From Alphaproteobacteria bacterium (GTDB taxonomy: Bacteria > Pseudomonadota > Alphaproteobacteria > GCA-2731375), in contig CBDDBZ010000028.1 of the NCBI GenBank assembly GCA_965225945.1, forward strand, positions 64,001 through 128,000: 64,000 nucleotides of DNA, in the 5' to 3' direction. The notes below the pieces were generated by a model. It ran no database searches. It was given only the letters and a program-made list of their open reading frames with translations, and was not told the origin of the DNA. Each line of letters opens with the position of its first letter. The stretch's first letter is position 1. Made by a program: the position numbers and the translations under genes. Shown here piece by piece: positions 63,527-64,000 of this stretch.

Positions 63527-64000
63527 ATGCAGTTCGAAAAATATACCGAGCGCGCGCGCGGCTTCGTGCAGGCGGCACAGGCGCTGGCGACCCGTTCAAA
63601 CCATCAACAATTGACGCCGGAACATCTGCTCCGGGTCTTGCTCGACGATTCCGAGGGCCTGGCGGCCAATCTCCTGCGTCGCGCCGGTGCCAGGCCGGAG
63701 GTCGTGGGCGAGGAGGTCGATTCCGCGCTCGCCAAGCTGGCGAAGGTCGAGGGCGCGGGCGAGGGGCGGCTTTATACCACGCCCGATTTGGCGCGACTGT
63801 TCAACCAGGCCGAGACGCTGGCCGAGCAGGCCGGCGACAGCTTCGTGACCCAGGAGGGGCTGTTGCTCGCCTTGGCGCTGGCGGACGGCACGGCGAGTGG
63901 GGCGGCGCTGAAGGCCGCCGGCCTCACCGCGCAGGCGCTGGAAACGGCGATCGCGGACCTGCGCAAGGGCCGGGCGGCACATTCGGCGAGGGCCGAGGAC
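63527..64000 (+). CDS. clpB: ATP-dependent chaperone ClpB, 5' part
   Basis: MQFEKYTERARGFVQAAQALA...HQQLTPEHLL Clp N-domain; GGAGGAGAGG RBS; runs off the window end. Confidence 0.93.
   Translation, partial: MQFEKYTERARGFVQAAQALATRSNHQQLTPEHLLRVLLDDSEGLAANLLRRAGARPEVVGEEVDSALAKLAKVEGAGEGRLYTTPDLARLFNQAETLAEQAGDSFVTQEGLLLALALADGTASGAALKAAGLTAQALETAIADLRKGRAAHSARAED

Overview
High-GC alphaproteobacterial (Rhodospirillales-like) chromosomal segment. It mixes core genes (mdh, zapE, argG, ychF, an rpoH-type sigma factor, pmbA, ispG-hisS-prfA-prmC-DUF4167-clpB) with many accessory catabolic and transport genes: an Opp/Dpp ABC operon, SgaA, an FAD/Fe-S oxidase, a P450, an orphan HcrB, a ThDP enzyme, an LLM oxidoreductase and a hydantoinase A. 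The most unusual structures are non-coding or mobile. (1) A 17-copy, 16-bp G-rich tandem array sits behind a perfect 20-bp hairpin inside the ABC operon. (2) At 12.6-15.2 kb there is a non-autonomous IS1595-type cassette of about 755 bp. It has 43-bp perfect TIRs containing an NrdR-box-like motif, an 8-bp TSD (CTTTATCC) and an LRV-repeat passenger gene. It is inserted into a REP-like palindrome/tandem array and appears as three imperfect copies; one copy is interleaved with IS1595 transposase sequence and is probably a consensus artefact. (3) An IS1595 fragment is nested in the left end of an IS630. Several gene remnants, one frameshift and broken synteny point to genome erosion or rearrangement, though some may be assembly error. 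No rRNA, tRNA or CRISPR array was seen. Family assignments come from motif recognition, not database searches.
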